A DNA stretch of 64,000 nt from Escherichia coli (GTDB lineage: Bacteria; Pseudomonadota; Gammaproteobacteria; Enterobacterales; Enterobacteriaceae), in the NCBI RefSeq assembly GCF_044324785.1, contig NZ_CP172127.1; one strand, 5' to 3'. The notes below the pieces were generated by a model that saw only the letters and a list, made by a program, of their open reading frames with translations, was not told where the DNA came from and did not search any database. How positions within the stretch are numbered: position 1 is the stretch's first letter; the number at the start of each line of letters is the position of its first letter. Positions 37,236-46,667 of this stretch are shown here, in pieces. A program made the translations under genes and the position numbers.

Positions 37236-37386
37236 CCTCTCTACCGGAGCTATGCGCTCCGGTTTTCCCTTCTTTTTACATCCTTTACATCACATCAAAT
37301 CATTAAACTTCCATTAACTTATTTATAACTTATATTGTCACATGCAAATCAGCATAGTTTCGAATGAAAGTTAATGCGAGGTGGTT

Positions 37387-38652
37387 ATGGCTTCTACTTT
37401 TACCAGCGACACATTGCCTGCCGATCACAAAGCAGCTATCCGTCAGATGAAGCACGCGCTGCGGGCGCAGCTTGGCGACGTCCAGCAGATCTTTAATCAG
37501 CTAAGCGATGACATTGCCACGCGAGTGGCTGAAATCAACGCACTCAAAGCACAGGGCGATGCCGTCTGGCCGGTGCTGTCTTATGCCGATATCAAAGCAG
37601 GTCATGTTACTGCAGAGCAGCGCGAACAAATTAAACGTCGCGGTTGTGCGGTGATAAAAGGCCATTTCCCCCGCGAACAAGCGCTAGGCTGGGATCAGTC
37701 GATGCTGGACTATCTGGACCGCAACCGCTTTGACGAGGTCTACAAAGGCCCCGGCGATAATTTCTTCGGGACACTCAGCGCTTCACGTCCCGAGATTTAC
37801 CCCATCTACTGGTCGCAGGCGCAAATGCAGGCCCGCCAGAGTGAAGAAATGGCGAATGTGCAGTCGTTTCTCAATCGTCTGTGGACATTTGAAAGTGATG
37901 GAAAGCAATGGTTTAACCCGGATGTGAGCGTCATCTACCCTGACCGTATCCGCCGCCGTCCGCCCGGAACGACCTCCAAAGGTCTTGGAGCGCATACCGA
38001 CTCCGGGGCGCTGGAACGCTGGCTGCTTCCAGCGTATCAGCACGTTTTCGCCAACGTCTTTAATGGCAATCTGGCGAAATACGATCCCTGGCATGCGGCA
38101 CATCGTACGGAAGTTGAAGAGTACACGGTGGACAACACCACCAAATGTTCCGTGTTTCGGACATTCCAGGGCTGGACAGCGCTCTCTGATATGCTGCCTG
38201 GTCAGGGGTTGCTGCACGTCGTGCCCATTCCTGAAGCCATGGCGTACGTACTGTTACGTCCGCTGCTTGATGATGTGCCGGAGGATGAACTGTGCGGCGT
38301 AGCGCCCGGAAGAGTGTTGCCGGTATCAGAGCAATGGCATCCACTGTTAATTGAGGCGTTAACCAGCATTCCAAAACTCGAGGCCGGAGACTCCGTCTGG
38401 TGGCACTGCGACGTCATCCATTCCGTTGCCCCCGTTGAAAATCAACAGGGTTGGGGCAACGTGATGTACATTCCTGCGGCACCGATGTGCGAGAAAAATC
38501 TTGCCTACGCGCACAAGGTGAAGGCCGCACTGGAAAAAGGCGCATCGCCGGGCGACTTCCCGCGCGAGGACTATGAAACAAACTGGGAAGGACGCTTTAC
38601 GCTTGCCGACCTCAACATTCACGGTAAGCGAGCGTTGGGAATCGACAGCTGA
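37387..38652 (+). CDS. ybiU: YbiU, DUF1479 protein (2OG-oxygenase-like), 421 aa
   Basis: ORF from MASTFTSDTLPADHKAAIRQMKHALRAQL... matches YbiU. Confidence 0.85.
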   Translation: MASTFTSDTLPADHKAAIRQMKHALRAQLGDVQQIFNQLSDDIATRVAEINALKAQGDAVWPVLSYADIKAGHVTAEQREQIKRRGCAVIKGHFPREQALGWDQSMLDYLDRNRFDEVYKGPGDNFFGTLSASRPEIYPIYWSQAQMQARQSEEMANVQSFLNRLWTFESDGKQWFNPDVSVIYPDRIRRRPPGTTSKGLGAHTDSGALERWLLPAYQHVFANVFNGNLAKYDPWHAAHRTEVEEYTVDNTTKCSVFRTFQGWTALSDMLPGQGLLHVVPIPEAMAYVLLRPLLDDVPEDELCGVAPGRVLPVSEQWHPLLIEALTSIPKLEAGDSVWWHCDVIHSVAPVENQQGWGNVMYIPAAPMCEKNLAYAHKVKAALEKGASPGDFPREDYETNWEGRFTLADLNIHGKRALGIDS

Positions 38653-39722
38653 GTGTCGTACAGCCCTTCCCGTTCCACGGCGGTGTTCCCTTTTCCTGGG
38701 CGAACCCGCCGCACTGACTCCCGCACCGCCAATCGTCCGTGCAGCAGCAGCGAGCCCACCGGAGCATCCGGGCGAATCAGCCGCTGTTGCAACATTTGCA
38801 CCGCTTCATTGCCTAGCTCATCGCGTGGCACATGCACAGCCGTCAGGGGAACATCCTCGATTGCCGCAAGGTTAAAGCCGTCGATACTCATCACCGAGAC
38901 ATCCTGTGGTACGCGCAGACCACGACGATGTAGCGCATTTACCGTTCCCGCCGCCATAAAATCCCCGCCGACCAGAAACGCCGTCGGCAACGTCTTGCCA
39001 TTGGCGGCATCCAGCCACGCTCCGACCTTTTCTTCCGCTTCTTTAGCGCTAAAACTGCTGATATTCAGCAAATGACGGTCATGGTGAAAGGCCAGATTAT
39101 GCTGACGCCATGATTCTTTAATCCCTGCAAACCGCTGCTCCATAGTGTAGCGGCGCAGGCACATCACATTCATCACCTCCCGGTGACCCATTTCAAACAG
39201 ATAGCGGGCGGCGAACGCGCCAATTAACCGATGGTCCGGCGCAATCGCCGGGAGGCGCATTCGTTCATCACGGCAGTTGATCAGCACACAAGGCTTAGCG
39301 AGATCGGCGGCCAGATCATGGATGTGCGGATCGTCAATCCCCAGCAGGATCGCCGCCTGCGTATCTGCTTCATTCATCCGCGAGAGAAATAGCGCGGGAT
39401 CGCTGTCAAACTCCTCCAGCGCGCAGTAACGCAGCCGCACTTCATGCGGCGATAACGCTTTGCTGATGCTCTGGATCACACGGTAATAAAAGATATCAGA
39501 TCGTTGGTCAAAAGCGCGTTGCGGCGCGAAAATAATCAGGTTGTTCAGCAACATACGACCTGCTGCCATGCCATCCATCACGCCCAACTCACGCGCGCAG
39601 GCCAGCACCTGTTCGCGAGCGCGTGCACTGGTATTCGCTTTGCCAGCCAGCACCCGCGAAACCGTACTCGGCGATAGCCCGGTACGTGCGGCGATATCGG
39701 CGATTTTCAGCTTCTTGTCCAT
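38619..39722 (-). CDS. LacI-family transcriptional regulator (accessory, not in K-12 at this position), about 367 aa with an unusually long C-terminal tail
   Basis: MDKKLKIADIAARTGLSPSTVSRVLAGKANTSARAREQVLACARELGV... is a LacI-type HTH followed by a periplasmic-binding-protein-like sugar domain; its 3' end overlaps the ybiU 3' end by 34 nt. Confidence 0.7.
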   Translation of the reverse strand: MDKKLKIADIAARTGLSPSTVSRVLAGKANTSARAREQVLACARELGVMDGMAAGRMLLNNLIIFAPQRAFDQRSDIFYYRVIQSISKALSPHEVRLRYCALEEFDSDPALFLSRMNEADTQAAILLGIDDPHIHDLAADLAKPCVLINCRDERMRLPAIAPDHRLIGAFAARYLFEMGHREVMNVMCLRRYTMEQRFAGIKESWRQHNLAFHHDRHLLNISSFSAKEAEEKVGAWLDAANGKTLPTAFLVGGDFMAAGTVNALHRRGLRVPQDVSVMSIDGFNLAAIEDVPLTAVHVPRDELGNEAVQMLQQRLIRPDAPVGSLLLHGRLAVRESVRRVRPGKGNTAVEREGLYDTQLSIPNARLP

Positions 39723-40016
39723 TTTGTGATCTGCCTCTAATTCGGAAATGACAGAATTTTCATGAGCAAAAAAGCCCATTCTGTCTGGCATTAAATCCAT
39801 TTCAGTAATGTATATCAGTCACTCATGGAAAAACGTGCACAAAACCCGCTTTCTTTCGCTTTTAGGGTCTCTTACTGTGAATTGGTAGAACAACTTCCAT
39901 ACAAAAATAATGGAAAAACGAACAACAAAGACTTTATTTATCAAAAAGTTAAAAGTGGTGTGACAACTCCATTCTGACGTTGCCGCACAAACCCTATACC
40001 ATTCTGTGGAGTGCAT
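39723..40016. promoter_or_regulatory. Divergent control region between the LacI-family regulator and the MFS-GH31 genes
   Basis: 294-bp AT-rich, ORF-free intergenic region between divergently oriented genes; position inferred, no operator identified. Confidence 0.4.
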
Positions 40017-41318
40017 ATGAGTCAGGGTATCAATAACGATATGACTGCCAGTAAACCGCGCCATATCGTCAAAAATCTGCGTTGGTGGATACTGGTCCTT
40101 TTTTTGCTCGGTGTTACTGTCAACTACATCACGCGTAACTCGCTGGGTATTCTCGCCCCCGAACTGAAAAGCAGCCTGGGGATTACCACCGAACAATATT
40201 CCTGGATTGTAGGTGCTTTCCAGCTCGCCTATACCCTATTCCAACCGTTGTGCGGATGGCTGATTGACGTCATTGGCCTCAAACTGGGCTTTATGATCTG
40301 CGCGGGACTGTGGGCACTGGCCTGTCTGATGCATGCGGGGGCGGGAAACTGGGTACATCTGGCGCTGTTGCGCTTCTTTATGGGCGGTGCGGAAGCCGCA
40401 GCAACCCCAGCAAACGCCAAAACCATCGGTGAATGGTTTCCAAAATCAGAACGCCCGATCGCCGCAGGCTGGGCAGGCGTCGGTTTTTCCATCGGTGCCA
40501 TGCTGGCCCCACCGATTATCTATTTTGCCCACGCTTCATTCGGCTGGCAGGGTGCATTTATGTTCACTGGCATCCTGGCGATGCTGTGGGTCGTGCTGTG
40601 GTGGGCGTTCTATCACAGCCCGGATAAGCATCCTAACCTCAGCAAAGCCGAGCTGGACTTTATTCGCCAGGATAACGAAGCGCCCCCGGTCAAGTTACCC
40701 TTTCTGACCGCACTGAAAACCGTGGGCAAAAATAAACGCTTTTACGGTATCGCTATCCCGGCCTTTATGGCAGAACCGGCGTGGGCGGTGATGAGTTTCT
40801 GGGTTCCGCTATACCTGTCCAAAACCTATGGCATGGACCTGAAGCAGATCGCATTATTCGCCTGGTTGCCGTTCCTCGCCGCTGATCTTGGCAGTATTGC
40901 CAGCGGCTATCTGACCAAACTTTACACCCGCCTGTTTGGGCTGAGTCGTGTGAACTCCGTTGTCGCATCATCGGTCAGTGGCGCATTCCTGATGGTTTCG
41001 CTGGCGGTGATGGCCTTTACCAATAACCCGTATATCGCCATCGTCCTTATCTCCATCGGCGGCTTCGGTCACCAGATCATCTCCTGCATGCTAAGCGCAC
41101 TGGTGGTGGAATCCTTCGACAAAGGTCAGATGGCCACTGTTAACGGCATGCGCGGTTCTGCCGCGTGGATCGCAAGTTTCCTGTTCTCCCTGATAATCGG
41201 GGTTACCGCAGACAAAATCGGCTTTAACCCCCTGTTTATCGCCATGGGCTTCTTTGACCTGATTGGCGCTTTCTTCCTGGTCACCTTTATTGCTGAACGT
41301 CGCGCAAAACGCGCCTGA
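40017..41318 (+). CDS. MFS transporter resembling the anion:cation symporter family (ExuT/GudP/DgoT-like), about 433 aa
   Basis: 12-TM ORF with N-terminal sequence ...NYITRNSLGILAPELKSSLGITTEQYSWIVGAFQLAYTLFQP typical of ACS-family transporters; RBS ggag 6 nt before the ATG at 40017. Confidence 0.7.
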   Translation: MSQGINNDMTASKPRHIVKNLRWWILVLFLLGVTVNYITRNSLGILAPELKSSLGITTEQYSWIVGAFQLAYTLFQPLCGWLIDVIGLKLGFMICAGLWALACLMHAGAGNWVHLALLRFFMGGAEAAATPANAKTIGEWFPKSERPIAAGWAGVGFSIGAMLAPPIIYFAHASFGWQGAFMFTGILAMLWVVLWWAFYHSPDKHPNLSKAELDFIRQDNEAPPVKLPFLTALKTVGKNKRFYGIAIPAFMAEPAWAVMSFWVPLYLSKTYGMDLKQIALFAWLPFLAADLGSIASGYLTKLYTRLFGLSRVNSVVASSVSGAFLMVSLAVMAFTNNPYIAIVLISIGGFGHQIISCMLSALVVESFDKGQMATVNGMRGSAAWIASFLFSLIIGVTADKIGFNPLFIAMGFFDLIGAFFLVTFIAERRAKRA

Positions 41319-41332
41319 GAGTGGATGTAAAC

Positions 41333-43696
41333 ATGAAAACGCTGAAAAACTGGACCCTGCACAAACAGTCTGCCCACCACGTTGAACTGCTGGTCGATGG
41401 CCAGCATATCCTGTGCCTGTACGTGCTGGAAGAAAATCTGTTCCGCGTGCTGTTAAAACGCAAAGGCGAGCTGGCGCTGGATCGCACCTGGAGCATTGCT
41501 CCGGCGCAGGATGTGCCATGGGAAGGGCGCAGCCGCGAAGATCTCAGCGGCTTTAGCCTGCCCGCGTGGACATTGATCCAGCACGACGACACCGTGGTTA
41601 TCGCCACCGAGTCACTGCGTGTCACCGTTCACCAGCCGCTGTGGCTGGAGTGGCACTATCGTAACAACGAAGGCGAATGGCTGCCGTTGGTGAATGACCG
41701 CCCGACCAGCGCTTATCTGCTGAATGCCCACGGCGATGGCGTGGCACACTATCAGAGCCGTCGTAAAGATGAACGCTTTTATGGCCTCGGAGATAAAGCC
41801 GGCGACCTGCAACGCAACGGTAAACGTTACGAGATGCGTAACCTCGACGCGATGGGCTACAACGCCGTTAGTACTGACCCGCTGTACAAACACATTCCAT
41901 TCACCATCACCCGCCGCGATGACATTAGCTTCGGCCTGTTTTATGACAACCTCAGCAGCTGCTGGCTGGATCTGGGCAACGAGATCGACAACTACCACAC
42001 CGCCTATCGCCGCTGGCAGGCGGAAGCGGGTGATATCGACTACTACCTGTTTACCGGCGAACGCGTACTTGATATCACCAAAGCCTTCGTACGCCTGACC
42101 GGAAAAACCCTGTTCGGACCGAAATGGAGCCTGGGCTACAGCGGTTCAACTATGCACTACACCGATGCGCCGGACGCACAAAATCAGTTGATGAACTTTA
42201 TCCGCCTGTGTGAAGAACATGCAATTCCCTGCGATTCGTTCCAGCTCTCTTCCGGTTATACCTCAATTAACGGCAAACGCTATGTGTTCAACTGGAACTA
42301 CGACAAAGTGCCGCAGCCGAAAGTGATGAGCCAGGCATTTCACAATGCTGGTTTGCACCTGGCCGCCAATATCAAGCCGTGCCTGTTGCAGGATCACCCA
42401 CGCTATAACGAAGTGGCAGAAAGAGGACTGTTCATCCGTGATTCAGAAACAGATGAACCAGAACGTTCCAGCTTCTGGGATGACGAAGGTTCTAACCTCG
42501 ACTTTACTAATCCGCAGACCATCCAGTGGTGGCAGGAAGGCGTGACCACACAGCTTCTGGAGATGGGTATCGACTCCACCTGGAACGACAACAACGAATT
42601 CGAAGTATGGGACGGTGAAGCACGCTGTCACGGCTTTGGTCAGACGATCGCGATCAAACATATTCGCCCAGTGATGCCACTGCTGATGATGCGAGCCTCG
42701 ATGGAAGCCCAGCAGCGTTTCGCTCCGGAAAAACGTCCGTACTTGATCTCCCGCTCCGGCTGCGCGGGAATGCAGCGCTACGTGCAGACCTGGAGTGGCG
42801 ATAACCGCACTAGCTGGGACACTCTGCGCTACAACACCCGCATGGGTCTGGGGATGAGCCTCTCCGGGTTGTATAACCTCGGTCACGACGTCGGCGGTTT
42901 CTCCGGTGATAAACCGGACCCGGAACTGTTTGTACGCTGGGTACAAAACGGCGTGATGCATCCGCGCTTTACGATTCACTCATGGAACGATGACCATACC
43001 GTAAACGAACCGTGGATGTATCCGGGCGTCACTCCGGCGATCCGCAGCGCTATTGAGTTGCGCTATCGCCTGCTGCCCTACTTTTATACCCTGATGTGGC
43101 AGGCATACGCCGATGATGAACCAATGCTACGTCCGACTTTCCTTGACCACGAGCACGACGTTCAGACTTTTGAAGAGTGTGATGACTTCCTGCTTGGTCG
43201 CGATATTTTGGTTGCCAGCGTCGTAGAGCAAGGCGAGCGCCAGCGCCGTGTATGGCTGCCAGATAACGAAACTGGCTGGTACGATTTCTACAACGGCGAA
43301 TGGTTCAGTGGCGGTCAGTGGATCACCCTCGACGCACCGCTGGAGAAACTGCCGCTGATGGTGCGTGCCGGGGCTGGTCTACCGCTCAGCAAACGCATCA
43401 CCTATGTGAGCGCAGAACAAGACGATACCCGCGAACTGAAACTGTTCCCGCTGAAAGGTGTGGGCACAACGTCCGGCCTGCTGTTTGAAGACGATGGCGA
43501 AAGCTGGGGCTACCAAACTGGTAATGCGCTTTGGGTGGAATGGGAAATGGTTTGCGATGGGGCGACCATCAACCTGAAAGTCAACGCGCGCGGGGATTAT
43601 CGTCCTGCATGGAGTGCACTGAAAGTGTCATTACCATTGGAAGAAAAACGCACGCTGCTGGTCAATGGTGTTGAAGGGAGTGAATGGATGCGTTAA
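41333..43696 (+). CDS. Glycoside hydrolase family 31 alpha-glycosidase (about 787 aa)
   Basis: Carries GH31 hallmark motifs: TWNDNNEF (catalytic nucleophile region), RSGCAGMQRY...WSGDN (acid/base region), GHDVGGF; tightly linked (2-14 bp) downstream of the transporter. Confidence 0.75.
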   Translation: MKTLKNWTLHKQSAHHVELLVDGQHILCLYVLEENLFRVLLKRKGELALDRTWSIAPAQDVPWEGRSREDLSGFSLPAWTLIQHDDTVVIATESLRVTVHQPLWLEWHYRNNEGEWLPLVNDRPTSAYLLNAHGDGVAHYQSRRKDERFYGLGDKAGDLQRNGKRYEMRNLDAMGYNAVSTDPLYKHIPFTITRRDDISFGLFYDNLSSCWLDLGNEIDNYHTAYRRWQAEAGDIDYYLFTGERVLDITKAFVRLTGKTLFGPKWSLGYSGSTMHYTDAPDAQNQLMNFIRLCEEHAIPCDSFQLSSGYTSINGKRYVFNWNYDKVPQPKVMSQAFHNAGLHLAANIKPCLLQDHPRYNEVAERGLFIRDSETDEPERSSFWDDEGSNLDFTNPQTIQWWQEGVTTQLLEMGIDSTWNDNNEFEVWDGEARCHGFGQTIAIKHIRPVMPLLMMRASMEAQQRFAPEKRPYLISRSGCAGMQRYVQTWSGDNRTSWDTLRYNTRMGLGMSLSGLYNLGHDVGGFSGDKPDPELFVRWVQNGVMHPRFTIHSWNDDHTVNEPWMYPGVTPAIRSAIELRYRLLPYFYTLMWQAYADDEPMLRPTFLDHEHDVQTFEECDDFLLGRDILVASVVEQGERQRRVWLPDNETGWYDFYNGEWFSGGQWITLDAPLEKLPLMVRAGAGLPLSKRITYVSAEQDDTRELKLFPLKGVGTTSGLLFEDDGESWGYQTGNALWVEWEMVCDGATINLKVNARGDYRPAWSALKVSLPLEEKRTLLVNGVEGSEWMR

Positions 43697-43875
43697 ATCA
43701 TTACCGGGGCCGGGAGGCGACTGCACCTTACCCGGTCCAGCCATCGAATCCTTTACCTCAGTATTTCACGCTGCAGGAAGGCAGCAAACCTGTAAACCCC
43801 GGGAGCTTAAATAAGTAAGTGACCGGGGTGAACAGGTGAAGCCAATGCATCTGCCGCATGAAAGACGGCGGGGAA

Positions 43876-45471
43876 TTAACCGTCGATCCCTTTACTACGC
43901 AGGTAATCTTCGTAATTACCGCTAAAGTCAATAACGCGTTCCGGGGTGATTTCCAGAATGCGGGTCGCCAGGGAGCTTACGAACTCACGGTCGTGTGAAA
44001 CAAAGATCAGCGTGCCCTGATACAGTTCCAGCGCCATGTTCAGCGACTCGATGGATTCCATATCCAGGTGGTTGGTCGGTTCGTCCATGATCAGAATGTT
44101 CGGCTTCTGCATCATTAACTTACCAAACAGCATCCGCCCTTTTTCCCCACCGGAAAGCACTTTCGCTGGTTTTTTGATGTCGTCCTGGCTGAACAGCAAA
44201 CGACCGAGAATGCTGCGTACCGCCTGCTCGTCATCGCCTTCCTGCTTCCACTGGCTCATCCATTCGAACACGGTCAGATCATTTTCAAACTCATATTCGT
44301 GGTCCTGAGCATAGTAACCAATGCGCGCGTTTTCAGACCATTTTACGGTGCCGCTGTCCGGTTGCAGATCGCCCACCAGCGTTTTCAGCAGCGTTGATTT
44401 ACCGACGCCGTTGGTACCCAGTACCGCAAGTTTTTCACCGACCTCCAGCAGCAGGTTGAGATTTTTAAACAGTGGACCGTTATCAAACCCTTTGGTCAGA
44501 CCTTCCACTTCCAGCGCGTTACGGAACAGTTTCTTATCCTGTTCAAAACGGATGAACGGGTTCTGACGGCTGGAGGCTTTCACCTCTTCCAGTTTGATTT
44601 TATCAATCTGGCGCGCGCGCGAAGTTGCCTGGCGAGATTTCGAGGCGTTGGCGCTAAAGCGGCTAACGAAAGATTGCAGCTCAGCAATCTGCGCTTTCTT
44701 CTTGGCGTTATCAGCCAGCAGACGTTCACGCGCCTGGGTCGCCGCCGTCATGTACTCATCGTAGTTGCCCGGATAAACGCGCAGCTCGCCGTAATCCAGA
44801 TCCGCCATATGGGTACAAACCATGTTAAGGAAGTGACGGTCGTGCGAGATGATGATCATGGTGCTGTCACGCTCGTTCAGCACCTGTTCCAGCCAACGAA
44901 TGGTGTCGATGTCGAGGTTGTTGGTCGGTTCGTCGAGCAGGAGAATGTCTGGATCAGCAAAAAGCGCCTGTGCCAGCAGCACACGCAGCTTCCAGCCAGG
45001 AGCAACTTCACTCATCGGGCCGTAGTGCTGTTCCACTGGAATTCCCACGCCAAGCAACAATTCACCGGCGCGAGCTTCCGCAGAGTAACCGTCCATTTCG
45101 CCGTATTTCACTTCCAGATCGGCCACTTTATAGCCGTCTTCTTCACTCATTTCCGGCAAAGCATAGATGCGGTCACGCTCCTGCTTCACTTCCCACAACT
45201 CTTTATGCCCCATGATCACCGTATCCAGCACAGTGAACTCTTCAAAGGCAAACTGATCCTGACGCAGCTTACCAATGCGCTCGTTGGGATCGAGGGAAAC
45301 GTTACCCAACGTCGGCTCTAAGTCGCCGCCGAGGATCTTCATAAAGGTGGATTTACCACTACCGTTCGCGCCAATCAGGCCGTAACGGTTGCCGCCGCCA
45401 AATTTGACGGAAATGTTTTCAAACAACGGCTTACTGCCGAACTGCATGGTGACGTTACTGGAAACTAACAC
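43876..45471 (-). CDS. ybiT: ABC-F family ATPase YbiT (tandem ABC domains), about 530 aa, GTG start
   Basis: (M)[41 protein letters not shown]... two ABC cassettes without a TM domain; matches YbiT. Confidence 0.9.
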   Translation of the reverse strand: MLVSSNVTMQFGSKPLFENISVKFGGGNRYGLIGANGSGKSTFMKILGGDLEPTLGNVSLDPNERIGKLRQDQFAFEEFTVLDTVIMGHKELWEVKQERDRIYALPEMSEEDGYKVADLEVKYGEMDGYSAEARAGELLLGVGIPVEQHYGPMSEVAPGWKLRVLLAQALFADPDILLLDEPTNNLDIDTIRWLEQVLNERDSTMIIISHDRHFLNMVCTHMADLDYGELRVYPGNYDEYMTAATQARERLLADNAKKKAQIAELQSFVSRFSANASKSRQATSRARQIDKIKLEEVKASSRQNPFIRFEQDKKLFRNALEVEGLTKGFDNGPLFKNLNLLLEVGEKLAVLGTNGVGKSTLLKTLVGDLQPDSGTVKWSENARIGYYAQDHEYEFENDLTVFEWMSQWKQEGDDEQAVRSILGRLLFSQDDIKKPAKVLSGGEKGRMLFGKLMMQKPNILIMDEPTNHLDMESIESLNMALELYQGTLIFVSHDREFVSSLATRILEITPERVIDFSGNYEDYLRSKGIDG

Positions 45472-45689
45472 AGGCGTATCCTGAAAAGAGATATGACAAA
45501 CCGCGCATTATGCCATAAGTCTGAAAGAAGATCCTGCTCCTCGCTTAAGGTCTACACTCAAGCCAAAGGCAAAAAATGTGATTTCGTACACATCTGATTT
45601 CACTGTGAGCTGGAATGAACTTATAATGCGCTTCCAATACTCTAATATTCTCAACCCAATGGCCTGCCAGGCACAAAATCTCGCTTAAC

Positions 45690-46610
45690 ATGAATATGAA
45701 ATTGAAAACATTATTCGCAGCGGCCTTCGCTGTTGTCGGCTTTTGCAGTACCGCCTCTGCGGTAACTTATCCTCTGCCAACCGACGGGAGTCGCCTGGTT
45801 GGTCAGAATCAGGTGATCACCATTCCTGAAGGTAACACTCAGCCGCTGGAGTATTTTGCCGCCGAGTACCAGATGGGGCTTTCCAATATGATGGAAGCGA
45901 ACCCCGGTGTGGATACCTTCCTGCCGAAAGGCGGTACTGTACTGAACATTCCGCAGCAGCTGATCCTGCCGGATACCGTTCATGAAGGCATCGTCATTAA
46001 CAGTGCAGAGATGCGTCTGTATTACTATCCGAAAGGAACCAACACTGTTATCGTGCTGCCGATCGGCATTGGTCAGTTAGGCAAAGACACGCCTATCAAC
46101 TGGACCACCAAAGTTGAGCGTAAAAAAGCAGGCCCGACCTGGACGCCGACCGCCAAAATGCACGCAGAGTACCGCGCTGCGGGCGAACCGCTTCCGGCTG
46201 TCGTTCCGGCAGGTCCGGATAACCCGATGGGTCTGTATGCACTCTACATCGGTCGCCTGTACGCTATCCATGGCACCAACGCCAACTTCGGTATCGGCCT
46301 GCGTGTAAGTCATGGCTGTGTGCGTCTGCGTAACGAAGACATTAAATTCCTGTTCGAGAAAGTGCCTGTCGGTACTCGCGTGCAGTTTATTGATGAGCCG
46401 GTGAAAGCGACTACCGAACCAGACGGCAGCCGTTACATTGAAGTCCATAACCCGCTGTCTACCACCGAAGCCCAGTTTGAAGGTCAGGAAATTGTGCCAA
46501 TTACCCTGACGAAGAGCGTGCAGACAGTGACCGGTCAGCCAGATGTTGATCAGGTTGTTCTGGATGAAGCGATCAAAAATCGTTCCGGGATGCCGGTTCG
46601 TCTGAATTAA
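45690..46610 (+). CDS. ldtB: L,D-transpeptidase LdtB (YbiS), 306 aa
   Basis: [24 protein letters not shown] signal peptide, LysM-like region and YkuD domain with the catalytic HGCVRL motif region ([12 protein letters not shown]). Confidence 0.9.
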
Positions 46611-46629
46611 TCGTCAAAACGTAAAACAG

Positions 46630-46658
46630 AGGCGGACTCATCATCCGCCTTTTTTATT
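46630..46658 (+). terminator. Intrinsic terminator after ldtB
   Basis: Hairpin aggcggactcatcatccgcct followed by tttttt. Confidence 0.65.
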
Positions 46659-46667
46659 TGCCAGACC

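Noticed and set aside
38619-43875. Accessory segment as a phage-defence or mobile genomic island
   Set aside because: All three genes have clear carbohydrate-metabolism identities (LacI regulator, MFS transporter, GH31 hydrolase); there is no integrase, transposase, nuclease, ATPase or methyltransferase, and no flanking direct repeats
44036-45321. ORFs on the plus strand opposite ybiT (up to 215 aa)
   Set aside because: Antisense to a conserved ABC-F gene; low-complexity, Ser/Pro-rich translations typical of non-coding frames
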